Sequence record: OM632671.1
DNA from: Escherichia phage BEU50
DNA length: 64,000 bases
Reading direction: 5' to 3' (one strand)
The notes beneath the pieces were generated by a model, which was not told where the DNA came from, searched no databases, and saw only the letters and a list, made by a program, of their open reading frames with translations. Below, piece by piece: positions 36,628 through 45,632 of the stretch (the first letter of the stretch is position 1; every line of letters starts with the position of its first letter). Both the position numbers and the translations under genes were made by a program.

Positions 36628-36996
36628 ATGATCGAAATTAAATTGAAGAACCCTGAAGATTTTCTGAAAGTCAAAGAGACTTTGACCCGTATGGGCATCG
36701 CTAATAACAAGGATAAAGTCCTTTATCAGTCCTGTCATATACTCCAAAAGCAAGGTAAATATTACATCGTCCACTTTAAAGAAATGTTGCGTATGGATGG
36801 ACGACAAGTTGATATCGATGGTGAAGACTACCAACGACGTGATTCGATTGCTCAGTTGCTTGAAGACTGGGGCTTGATTGTTATTGAAGACTCTGCTCGT
36901 GAAGATCTGTTTGGCCTGACTAATAACTTCCGTGTTATCTCTTTTAAACAGAAAGATGACTGGACTTTGAAAGCAAAATATACAATTGGTAATTAA
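36628..36996 (+). CDS. regA: translational repressor RegA
   Basis: 122 aa; MIEIKLKNPEDFLKVKETLTRMGIANNKDKVLYQSCHIL matches T4 RegA. Confidence 0.95.
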   Translation: MIEIKLKNPEDFLKVKETLTRMGIANNKDKVLYQSCHILQKQGKYYIVHFKEMLRMDGRQVDIDGEDYQRRDSIAQLLEDWGLIVIEDSAREDLFGLTNNFRVISFKQKDDWTLKAKYTIGN

Positions 36997-37000
36997 AGCA

Positions 37001-37020
37001 ATGGGACTTCGGTCCCATTT
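37001..37020 (+). terminator. UUCG-tetraloop hairpin, weak terminator or RNA stability element
   Basis: ATGGGAC-ttcg-GTCCCAT then TT; TATAAT follows at 37025. Confidence 0.4.
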
Positions 37021-37077
37021 GGAGTATAATAAGTTCATCAACAAACAAAAGACAATAACTCGTCTAAAGGAAATTAA

Positions 37078-39789
37078 ATGAAAGAATTTTACTTAACGGT
37101 TGAACAGATTGGTGATTCAATTTTTGAACGTTACATCGATTCTAATGGCCGTGAACGTACTCGTGAAGTAGAATATAAACCATCACTGTTTGCTCATTGT
37201 CCAGAAAGTCAGGCTACGAAATATTTCGATATCTACGGTAAACCGTGTACTCGTAAGTTGTTCGCTAATATGCGTGATGCCTCCCAATGGATTAAACGCA
37301 TGGAAGATATCGGACTTGAAGCACTTGGCATGGACGATTTCAAATTGGCGTATTTGTCTGACACTTATAACTATGAAATCAAATACGACCATACAAAAAT
37401 TCGTGTGGCTAACTTCGACATCGAAGTAACATCTCCGGATGGGTTCCCTGAGCCGTCACAAGCAAAACATCCTATTGATGCTATCACCCATTATGACTCA
37501 ATTGACGACAGGTTCTACGTATTTGATCTATTGAATTCTCCATATGGTAATGTGGAAGAATGGTCTATCGAAATTGCGGCTAAGCTTCAAGAACAAGGCG
37601 GTGATGAAGTTCCATCCGAAATTATCGACAAAATCGTTTATATGCCGTTCGATAACGAAAAAGAATTGTTGATGGAATATCTCAACTTCTGGCAACAGAA
37701 AACTCCTGTCATTTTGACTGGATGGAACGTTGAGTCATTTGATATTCCATATGTGTATAACCGAATCAAGAATATTTTTGGCGAATCTACTGCGAAACGT
37801 TTATCACCACATCGTAAAACTCGTGTTAAAGTTATCGAAAACATGTATGGTTCTCGTGAAATCATTACATTGTTCGGTATCTCTGTTCTTGATTACATTG
37901 ACCTTTACAAAAAATTCTCTTTTACCAATCAACCGTCGTATTCTCTGGATTACATTTCAGAATTTGAATTGAACGTTGGTAAACTGAAATATGACGGCCC
38001 TATTTCTAAGCTTCGTGAAAGCAATCACCAACGATATATTTCTTATAACATTATCGACGTGTATCGTGTATTGCAAATTGATGCTAAGCGTCAGTTCATC
38101 AACTTGAGCTTGGACATGGGTTATTATGCTAAGATACAGATTCAATCTGTGTTTAGCCCAATTAAAACATGGGATGCTATTATTTTTAATAGCCTTAAAG
38201 AGCAGAACAAGGTGATTCCACAAGGTCGTTCTCACCCAGTTCAACCTTACCCTGGTGCTTTTGTTAAGGAACCTATTCCAAATCGATACAAATATGTAAT
38301 GAGTTTCGACCTTACATCTCTGTATCCAAGTATTATTCGCCAAGTGAATATTAGCCCGGAAACAATAGCAGGAACGTTTAAAGTAGCTCCACTGCATGAT
38401 TATATTAACGCAATCGCTGAACGTCCTTCAGATGTGTACAGTTGCTCTCCTAACGGCATGATGTATTATAAAGACCGTGATGGTGTAGTTCCAACTGAAA
38501 TCACTAAGGTCTTTAATCAACGTAAAGAACATAAAGGTTACATGCTTGCAGCTCAACGTAATGGTGAAATAATTAAAGAGGCATTGCATAATCCTAATCT
38601 TTCTGTTGACGAACCATTAGATGTTGATTATCGTTTCGACTTCAGTGATGAGATTAAAGAAAAGATTAAAAAGTTGTCTGCTAAATCTCTTAATGAAATG
38701 TTGTTTAGAGCTCAACGTACTGAAGTTGCAGGTATGACTGCACAGATTAACCGTAAATTGCTCATCAACTCACTTTATGGTGCACTTGGCAACGTTTGGT
38801 TCCGTTATTATGATTTGCGTAATGCTACTGCAATCACAACATTTGGTCAAATGGCTTTACAGTGGATTGAACGTAAAGTTAATGAATATCTGAATGAAGT
38901 TTGTGGTACAGAAGGTGAAGCTTTCGTTCTATATGGTGATACAGACTCCATTTACGTATCTGCAGATAAAATTATTGATAAGGTTGGTGAATCTAAATTC
39001 CGTGATACCAACCATTGGGTAGACTTCTTAGATAAGTTCGCTCGTGAACGTATGGAACCTGCTATTGATAGAGGTTTCCGTGAAATGTGCGAATACATGA
39101 ACAATAAACAACACTTAATGTTCATGGACCGAGAAGCTATCGCTGGTCCTCCGCTCGGTTCTAAAGGTATTGGTGGATTTTGGACTGGTAAGAAACGTTA
39201 TGCATTAAACGTGTGGGATATGGAAGGAACCAGATACGCTGAACCTAAGCTTAAAATCATGGGTCTCGAAACACAGAAATCTTCGACTCCTAAAGCAGTA
39301 CAGAAAGCTCTTAAAGAATGTATTCGTCGTATGCTTCAAGAAGGTGAAGAATCATTACAAGAATATTTTAAAGAGTTTGAAAAAGAATTCCGTCAATTGA
39401 ATTATATTAGCATCGCGTCGGTATCTTCTGCGAATAACATTGCTAAATATGATGTAGGTGGATATCCAGGACCTAAATGCCCGTTCCATATTCGTGGAAT
39501 TCTGACGTATAACCGGGCTATCAAAGGTAATACCGATGCACCGCAAGTTGTAGAAGGTGAAAAAGTATATGTTCTGCCTTTACGTGAAGGAAACCCATTC
39601 GGTGATAAATGTATCGCATGGCCTTCTGGTACTGAAATCACAGATTTAATTAAAGACGATGTACTTCATTGGATGGACTACACTGTTCTCCTTGAGAAGA
39701 CATTTATTAAACCACTTGAAGGATTCACATCAGCAGCGAAACTCGATTACGAGAAGAAAGCATCTCTGTTCGATATGTTCGATTTTTGA
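37078..39789 (+). CDS. 43: DNA polymerase gp43 (family B)
   Basis: 903 aa; exonuclease and polymerase motifs (DIE, YGDTDS); sequence matches my recollection of RB69 gp43. Confidence 0.97.
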   Translation: MKEFYLTVEQIGDSIFERYIDSNGRERTREVEYKPSLFAHCPESQATKYFDIYGKPCTRKLFANMRDASQWIKRMEDIGLEALGMDDFKLAYLSDTYNYEIKYDHTKIRVANFDIEVTSPDGFPEPSQAKHPIDAITHYDSIDDRFYVFDLLNSPYGNVEEWSIEIAAKLQEQGGDEVPSEIIDKIVYMPFDNEKELLMEYLNFWQQKTPVILTGWNVESFDIPYVYNRIKNIFGESTAKRLSPHRKTRVKVIENMYGSREIITLFGISVLDYIDLYKKFSFTNQPSYSLDYISEFELNVGKLKYDGPISKLRESNHQRYISYNIIDVYRVLQIDAKRQFINLSLDMGYYAKIQIQSVFSPIKTWDAIIFNSLKEQNKVIPQGRSHPVQPYPGAFVKEPIPNRYKYVMSFDLTSLYPSIIRQVNISPETIAGTFKVAPLHDYINAIAERPSDVYSCSPNGMMYYKDRDGVVPTEITKVFNQRKEHKGYMLAAQRNGEIIKEALHNPNLSVDEPLDVDYRFDFSDEIKEKIKKLSAKSLNEMLFRAQRTEVAGMTAQINRKLLINSLYGALGNVWFRYYDLRNATAITTFGQMALQWIERKVNEYLNEVCGTEGEAFVLYGDTDSIYVSADKIIDKVGESKFRDTNHWVDFLDKFARERMEPAIDRGFREMCEYMNNKQHLMFMDREAIAGPPLGSKGIGGFWTGKKRYALNVWDMEGTRYAEPKLKIMGLETQKSSTPKAVQKALKECIRRMLQEGEESLQEYFKEFEKEFRQLNYISIASVSSANNIAKYDVGGYPGPKCPFHIRGILTYNRAIKGNTDAPQVVEGEKVYVLPLREGNPFGDKCIAWPSGTEITDLIKDDVLHWMDYTVLLEKTFIKPLEGFTSAAKLDYEKKASLFDMFDF

Positions 39790-39829
39790 TATAATGTCAT
39801 GGACGGTAAACTAATTAAATGAGAGAAAT

Positions 39830-40465
39830 ATGAAAACTACTCCTATTACTATCGCTATTGACGCAATCATAAAACAAGCTTCTTCTTTGGCCGCTATGGC
39901 CAAAGTAATTAGTCAAAACCCTGCTCGTTATAATGCTATTCTAGAAACTCTTCGACGCCCGGGACTTAGTAATTATGAAAGCCGAGTAATTATTACAGGT
40001 GTTGGTAAGAATGCTAATATTGCAACTAAAGCTTCTGAGACATTTGCTTCACTCGGTATCCCGAGTATGTACTTGAACACTGGGCATTATTCTCACGGTG
40101 ATGCAGGATTCATTGCGCCTAATGATGTGTTGATTCATATTAGTCGTTCTGGTAAAACTGAAGAAATGATAGGCGTGGCTAAGCATCTTAAAATGATTCG
40201 ACCGAACGTCAAACAGATTCTGTTGCATTGTAACCCAGACATTCCACAAGAAAATGAAGCCCTTTTTGATTACTCTTTCTGTACAGGCATCGCAGTAGAG
40301 GTTGATGAGAATTCTCTGGCTCCGACTATGTCCACTACATTGTTGTTAGCGCTTATCGATACGTTTGCTATCAACCTTTCGTCTGAACGTGGATTTACCT
40401 CTAATGACTTCCTTAAGTTCCACCCTGGTGGTGCACTAGGTGCCATGTTACGAGGCGAACAATGA
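39830..40465 (+). CDS. SIS-domain sugar-phosphate isomerase, KdsD/GutQ-like arabinose-5-phosphate isomerase without CBS domains
   Basis: ITGVGKNANIATKASETFASLGIPS, HGDAGFIAPNDVLIHISRSGKTEE, LAPTMSTT...FHPGGALG parallel the KdsD SIS-domain motifs. Confidence 0.75.
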   Translation: MKTTPITIAIDAIIKQASSLAAMAKVISQNPARYNAILETLRRPGLSNYESRVIITGVGKNANIATKASETFASLGIPSMYLNTGHYSHGDAGFIAPNDVLIHISRSGKTEEMIGVAKHLKMIRPNVKQILLHCNPDIPQENEALFDYSFCTGIAVEVDENSLAPTMSTTLLLALIDTFAINLSSERGFTSNDFLKFHPGGALGAMLRGEQ

Positions 40466-40605
40466 AAGCAATAACAATAGGACTTTTACTATTGATGCTT
40501 GTCATGACTATCTACTGGAGCTTAACGGCTCCAGTAATGATTCCAACACTTGTAATTGGATGGATTATGATTGGACTACAAGCAAAGTATGAATGCTTTA
40601 ACTAG
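40462..40605 (+). CDS. small membrane protein (47 aa)
   Basis: ATGA overlap with the isomerase stop; two hydrophobic segments; below ORF-track cutoff. Confidence 0.3.
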   Translation: MKAITIGLLLLMLVMTIYWSLTAPVMIPTLVIGWIMIGLQAKYECFN

Positions 40606-40646
40606 AATAGTGTACAATACTCCTACTTACCAATGAGGACCACAAC

Positions 40647-42332
40647 ATGAAAAAAGCTGTTATTCTTGGTGCTGGACTGGCAACTCGTTTATATCCAATT
40701 ACTCACCATATTCCTAAGGTGCTTGTTAACTATAAACAAGACACTATTCTGAGCAATTTGTATACAATTTATTCTGACCTAGGCGCAGATGAAATTATTG
40801 TAGTAGTTCATTCAAAATTTGCTGAAACTGTTCGAGCTTATTGTGAGCAAGAAGGGTTCAATGTGACTATTCGTACAGTTGATGAAGCGTATGGTTCTGC
40901 TTATGCTCTTGCTAAATTACACAAAGATTTAGACGGCCATAATGTAATTGTTAACTGGTGTGATATTATTCCGGATTTTGGTTCATGGTCTTGGAATGTT
41001 AACGCAATCTATGTTAAGGGTGACGAATGTCGATATAATTTCGACGGTGAAAATATCACTAACGTAGGTTCAACAGGTGGTAATGTTGTAGGAATTTATC
41101 AGTTCAAAGACTGGGAATTCTATATGGGTTCTACTGATGAGGAAATTCATGAATACTGCAAAGGACGTGATTTCGTAGAATTCCTTTACGGCAGCGCATT
41201 CAATAAATCAGAGCTTATGAATCTAATTGATTTAGGTGATATGCCTAAACTTGAAAAAGCTCATGAAGTTCGTGAACTTAATCGTAGTTTTAATGCAGTT
41301 GAAATTGGTGAAGAAACTGTAACTAAATTCGCATTAACCGAACAGGGCCGAGCTCTTCAGAAAGATGAGATTTCGTGGTATTTGAAAGTGAAATCAGATT
41401 CAGTCCCTCAGTTAGTTTCTGTTAATGAAAATAACTTTGAAATGGAACGCATTAAAGGTAAGCCGGCATTTGAATATATTAAATCCAAATCAAGTCTTGC
41501 TCGTCCACAAATTGTTGATGCAATTTTAGATGCACTGAAATTCAGCACAGACACTTATTTTGTAAGTCCTGAAACTGTTCGTCGTGATTTCACTAAAGAA
41601 TTCTATACGAAAGTTATTGATCGTTGTGAAAGCATTCAACCATTGATTGATTCATTTGGTAAAATCACACATGTGAACTACACTAAGATTGGACGTCTGA
41701 AGCCAATGCTGAAACAAGCTTTAGAACACCTTATTCGTTATCATAACCGTTCTCAGGGACAGTACTCTGTTATTCATGGTGACCCGAACTTCAGTAATAC
41801 TATGATTACTGATAACGGCGAAGTCAAATTTATCGACCCTCGTGGATATTTTGGCGAAACCAAGATTTACGGGCCAAAATTGTACGATGAAGCTAAAGTG
41901 CTTTACGCTGTTTCAGGTTATGATGAATTCAATGCTAATCCGACCTGGGGACAGTTTACTATTGATGAAACAACTTGTAATGTGACTATTAACATCAATC
42001 CATTAGTTTACAAATATGGAAAGATGAGTTCGTTTAACGAGTATCATCATTTGGCAGTGGCAATTATCTGGATTGCATTAGGTGGTTATTTCAAGAATAA
42101 TCCACTTAAAGCGGTAGCCGCATATTATAAAGGTATGGAACTTCTGACTAAGCAATTACGTAACATGGGCCGTGTACTTCAGGACGGCTCTATTAGTTAT
42201 GACGTAGCAGAACCTGTAACGGCTACTCTGATTACAAAAAATCCTGGTAAATGGGTACTAACTGATAAAGAAACTGGTGTTTCCTATCGTCCAATCGGTG
42301 GCGATATCACTCATCAATGGGAACGAATTTGA
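40647..42332 (+). CDS. bifunctional sugar-1-phosphate nucleotidyltransferase / sugar kinase
   Basis: N-terminal ILGAGLATRLYPIT NTP-transferase motif; C-terminal VIHGDPNFSNTMITDNGEVKFIDPRGYFG kinase catalytic loop. Confidence 0.7.
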   Translation: MKKAVILGAGLATRLYPITHHIPKVLVNYKQDTILSNLYTIYSDLGADEIIVVVHSKFAETVRAYCEQEGFNVTIRTVDEAYGSAYALAKLHKDLDGHNVIVNWCDIIPDFGSWSWNVNAIYVKGDECRYNFDGENITNVGSTGGNVVGIYQFKDWEFYMGSTDEEIHEYCKGRDFVEFLYGSAFNKSELMNLIDLGDMPKLEKAHEVRELNRSFNAVEIGEETVTKFALTEQGRALQKDEISWYLKVKSDSVPQLVSVNENNFEMERIKGKPAFEYIKSKSSLARPQIVDAILDALKFSTDTYFVSPETVRRDFTKEFYTKVIDRCESIQPLIDSFGKITHVNYTKIGRLKPMLKQALEHLIRYHNRSQGQYSVIHGDPNFSNTMITDNGEVKFIDPRGYFGETKIYGPKLYDEAKVLYAVSGYDEFNANPTWGQFTIDETTCNVTININPLVYKYGKMSSFNEYHHLAVAIIWIALGGYFKNNPLKAVAAYYKGMELLTKQLRNMGRVLQDGSISYDVAEPVTATLITKNPGKWVLTDKETGVSYRPIGGDITHQWERI

Positions 42333-43078
42333 TACATTATCTCTACAAAACTACTAATCTTATAAACGGTAAAGTTTATTTAGGAATGCACTCGGCTGAA
42401 GAAGCCGAGCCTTTAGATTTATATAAAGGTTCTGGTAAATTATATAAAAAGGCTGAAAGGAAATACGGTAAGGAAAATTTTCTTAAAGAAATCATTTCCT
42501 ACCATAGCTCAAGAGAAGAATTAAAAATAGCTGAAAAGGCTCTAATAACATTAGACATAGTTAAAGACCCGAATTATTACAATCTTAAAACTGGTGGCGA
42601 AGGTGGTTCTGACGGGTTATCCCAAAGGTCCAAGGATAAAATTTCTAAGGCAAATAAAGGACGTTTAGTTGGTGATAAAAACCCAAGATGGGGTAAAACT
42701 TTGTCAGCTGAATCTATAGCTAGGGGTAAAGAAAAGCACAGGAGGTATGGTAAACCTGCATTACATGGTCTAAAGATTAATGTAGATGGCAAATATTATG
42801 AATCCTGTCGGGAAGCGGCTAAAGATTTGGGTATATCTTCTGCCACGATTCAAAAGAGAGTAAAATCGCCTAAATATCTTAATTATCGATATCAGGACGA
42901 AAGCAAAAATGCTCACAAGTCTCAAAAATTTGTTAAAATAAACGAAAATTACTATGAATCTCTTAGGATAGCTGAAAAGAAAACGGGTATTCCTAGAAAG
43001 CGTATAGCTGATAATATTAAAAATTCTATTGAAGGATATTGCTATGAAACCATTACATCTTTGCGTGGACGTCGATGA
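42317..43078 (+). CDS. GIY-YIG homing endonuclease (Seg-like)
   Basis: IHYLYKTTNLINGKVYLGMH GIY-YIG motif; C-terminal NUMOD/HTH-like region; overlaps both neighbours. Confidence 0.75.
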   Translation: MGTNLIHYLYKTTNLINGKVYLGMHSAEEAEPLDLYKGSGKLYKKAERKYGKENFLKEIISYHSSREELKIAEKALITLDIVKDPNYYNLKTGGEGGSDGLSQRSKDKISKANKGRLVGDKNPRWGKTLSAESIARGKEKHRRYGKPALHGLKINVDGKYYESCREAAKDLGISSATIQKRVKSPKYLNYRYQDESKNAHKSQKFVKINENYYESLRIAEKKTGIPRKRIADNIKNSIEGYCYETITSLRGRR

Positions 43079-43418
43079 TTGTATAACAGAGTGGAATAAC
43101 AATCGTGATTACGTGAACTTCAAACCAGACGTCGAAATGGTGTCTGCCATTAATGCCCTGTATGAGGCAGGGCATACCATAACGCTTTACACTGCTCGCG
43201 GTATGAAGTCAGTAGGTCCTGGTCGTATAGCAATTGACATTCTCCCAAGTCTGATTCAGAACTTGGCAAACATTGGCTTGAAGTACCATAATTTGCTAAC
43301 ACATAAACCAGTATATGATTGGATTATCGACGACAAAGCTATGCGTCCTGACGAATTCAAAGCTCTTATGAATAAAGGCGAATTCGAAACATTTAAATCA
43401 TATAAACCGAATCTATAA
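43044..43418 (+). CDS. HAD-superfamily phosphatase
   Basis: DVDDCIT motif I, downstream T, K and IIDD motifs; ORF-track start 43029 is TTG. Confidence 0.6.
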   Translation: MKPLHLCVDVDDCITEWNNNRDYVNFKPDVEMVSAINALYEAGHTITLYTARGMKSVGPGRIAIDILPSLIQNLANIGLKYHNLLTHKPVYDWIIDDKAMRPDEFKALMNKGEFETFKSYKPNL

Positions 43419-43464
43419 TAATTTAAGTAAGACCTGCAAAAACCATCGCATCAATTAACGTGAG

Positions 43465-44637
43465 ATGCAAAAAAAAATGAATACTTTTAAAATCGGAACG
43501 AATTTTGATTTAGCTCTTCTTGATAAAATCGTAGAGCTCAATAAAACTTATCCTAATAGCTTGATAAACGAAGTATACGGCTCTACAAGAGAAATGGCTT
43601 TTGTAGCAGCCAGACCTGATTTTAGGCTTCCTGACGTTGACAAAAAGATGTTAGAAGATTACGTTAAACGTTGTAACGAATTAGGTATTTGCTTTAACTA
43701 TACACTCAACACGATAAATCCTGGTTCAAAAAGAGAACTAGTTGAGTGGAAGAAGAAAGCTATTCAGGATTATGTTCAGTATCTTTGGTCAATAGGCGTA
43801 TGGCGTATTACTATCGCTAACCCTGTTGTTATGGAAATTGTTCGTGAAGTCAATAAAGACATTGAGATTGAAGTTTCAACAATTCTACATGTCGATGCTG
43901 TAACTCAAATCAAATACTTGCATGACCAATATAATATCAAAAAGGTCTGCTGTGGAATTCATAAGAACCGTTCAGTTTCTTTCCTGAAGCGTGCAGCAGA
44001 GTTTTGCAATAAGAACAATATAATATTTGAAGTTCTTGTAAATGAGTTCTGTTCTAATGCTGGTAAAGGGTATACAACACATTGTAGCTATCGTGACTCT
44101 TGCTATATTTTCCATAGTACTGATGTTACAGCTGATGATGCTAAATCCTTAAACGGATATCCAATGCAGCACTGTATTAAAGCTCGTGATACAGACCCAT
44201 TTAACTGGTTGAGAACTCGTTTTGTTCGTCCTCAAGATTTGAAACTTTATAATGATATTGGTATCACTCAATTCAAAGTTTCAGGACGTACAGGTAGCAC
44301 AGACTACATTTTGAAAGTTCTTGAAGCATACGCTTCTGAAAAGTTTGAAGGTAATTTGTTAGAACTGTGGAAGCCTTTAGAGACTATTTTCACTCTTGAA
44401 AACGAAACTGAGTTTTCACATACGGTAAATATTGAAACCTCTTTGTTAGATGGCTTTTTAGAAAAAAGGTGGTTCAGACATCCAGATTTCGATTGTGCTA
44501 ATGAAATCTGCGGGACGACGTGTACATATTGTGAAAGATATTATAAACGTCAGTTATCTAAAAATGGGTTATCAGAAAATTCTATATCTATTATTGATAT
44601 AACTAACTCTGACGACGCTTTGAGGTACCCGGAATGA
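43465..44637 (+). CDS. hypothetical Cys-rich protein, possible Fe-S enzyme (390 aa)
   Basis: C-terminal CANEICGTTCTYC (CxxxCxxC within it) plus CSYRDSCYIF; family not assignable by eye. Confidence 0.5.
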   Translation: MQKKMNTFKIGTNFDLALLDKIVELNKTYPNSLINEVYGSTREMAFVAARPDFRLPDVDKKMLEDYVKRCNELGICFNYTLNTINPGSKRELVEWKKKAIQDYVQYLWSIGVWRITIANPVVMEIVREVNKDIEIEVSTILHVDAVTQIKYLHDQYNIKKVCCGIHKNRSVSFLKRAAEFCNKNNIIFEVLVNEFCSNAGKGYTTHCSYRDSCYIFHSTDVTADDAKSLNGYPMQHCIKARDTDPFNWLRTRFVRPQDLKLYNDIGITQFKVSGRTGSTDYILKVLEAYASEKFEGNLLELWKPLETIFTLENETEFSHTVNIETSLLDGFLEKRWFRHPDFDCANEICGTTCTYCERYYKRQLSKNGLSENSISIIDITNSDDALRYPE

Positions 44638-44873
44638 TTTCTAGAAAAACTTTTAATTATAAACTTAATGAAGAGATTTTGACTATGAAACTGAACACCA
44701 ACGAACAAATTCTTAAAAAGGCCCTTATGGGCCTGTTTGAAACCAAAGCGGCTAAAGTGATTAAAGAACCTATTCAATTGGAATACTATGCTGATGCATT
44801 TCTTCATAGTGTTCTTGGAAGTATCGATGCTGAAGCTTTACGTTATATCAACATTGCCAAGAAATTCAAATAA
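44634..44873 (+). CDS. hypothetical protein (79 aa)
   Basis: ATGA overlap. Confidence 0.45.
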   Translation: MISRKTFNYKLNEEILTMKLNTNEQILKKALMGLFETKAAKVIKEPIQLEYYADAFLHSVLGSIDAEALRYINIAKKFK

Positions 44874-44896
44874 GCTTTACGAATTGAGTATATAAT
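44873..44896 (+). promoter_or_regulatory. middle-promoter-like element upstream of the gene 42 homologue
   Basis: AGCTTTA box, 11 nt spacer, TATAAT 44891-44896. Confidence 0.35.
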
Positions 44897-44915
44897 AAAT
44901 TGTATTGAGGTAAAC

Positions 44916-45632
44916 ATGGGAAAACATAACACAATGAAATATATCAAAGCCGCAGATTTTCAAGCCGCATTTAAAGCAGTCAATCGTGAAATTTTAGAAA
45001 ACCCGGAATTCGTAACTGATTCTCGTATTGGGCGTTGTAATGAAATTGGGTCTATGACAGTAGTTGTTGACACTCCATCATCATTCAAAATGACCGACCC
45101 ACGTATTAACCGCATCTCTTATGAATATGCCGAAGACTTCTGGAAGTTTATGATTTCTGGTGGTACCAACGCAGAAGAAGCGTTTAAGGCATATCCTAAT
45201 GTCGCTAAATTTATTTCTAAACCAAAATCAGATGTTTTGCCGGCGAACTTCAACACTTTCTATGGTCCTCGCATTGCGGCCCAATTACCAGCTCTTCTAA
45301 AAGAACTTAAAGAGAAGCCTAACTCTCGAAGAGTTGTGTTCCAAATTCTAGAAAGTTCTGATCAGGCTTTGCTTGATTCAGACGAAACGCTTGAATATCC
45401 ATGTACTGACTCAGTGACTTATTATATTCGTGATGGTAAGCTTTATACCCACTGTCATATGCGTTCTCAGAACTGTGCTGTTGTTATGCAGTTGGATTTT
45501 TATCTCCAAGGAAAATTACTTCATTATATCGCTAACGAATGTGGTGTAGAAGTTGGTGATTATACTCATACCATGGTAAGTGCCCATGTGTTTGAACGTG
45601 ATTTTGATTATGTTAAAGGATTCCTTGACTAA
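44916..45632 (+). CDS. 42: thymidylate-synthase-family deoxypyrimidylate hydroxymethylase (gene 42-like, divergent)
   Basis: PNSRRVVFQI, CTDSVTYYIRDGKLYTHCHMRSQN and SAHVFERDF parallel T4 gp42/ThyA catalytic regions, with low overall similarity to T4 gp42 as I recall it. Confidence 0.65.
   Translation: MGKHNTMKYIKAADFQAAFKAVNREILENPEFVTDSRIGRCNEIGSMTVVVDTPSSFKMTDPRINRISYEYAEDFWKFMISGGTNAEEAFKAYPNVAKFISKPKSDVLPANFNTFYGPRIAAQLPALLKELKEKPNSRRVVFQILESSDQALLDSDETLEYPCTDSVTYYIRDGKLYTHCHMRSQNCAVVMQLDFYLQGKLLHYIANECGVEVGDYTHTMVSAHVFERDFDYVKGFLD

Noticed and set aside
39830-40465. SIS protein as GmhA (sedoheptulose-7-phosphate isomerase) or a GlmS-type domain
   Set aside because: Its three conserved blocks line up with the KdsD/GutQ arabinose-5-phosphate isomerase SIS domain, including the FHPGGALG C-terminal block, rather than with GmhA; this is judged by eye and should be confirmed by profile search.
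43465-44637. 390-aa protein as a NeuB/KdsA-type aldolase that would make the cluster a Kdo-like or sialic-acid-like pathway
   Set aside because: I could not see the NeuB or KdsA signature motifs, and the kinase domain fused to the nucleotidyltransferase argues for a free-sugar to sugar-1-phosphate route instead; left as an unknown Cys-rich protein.
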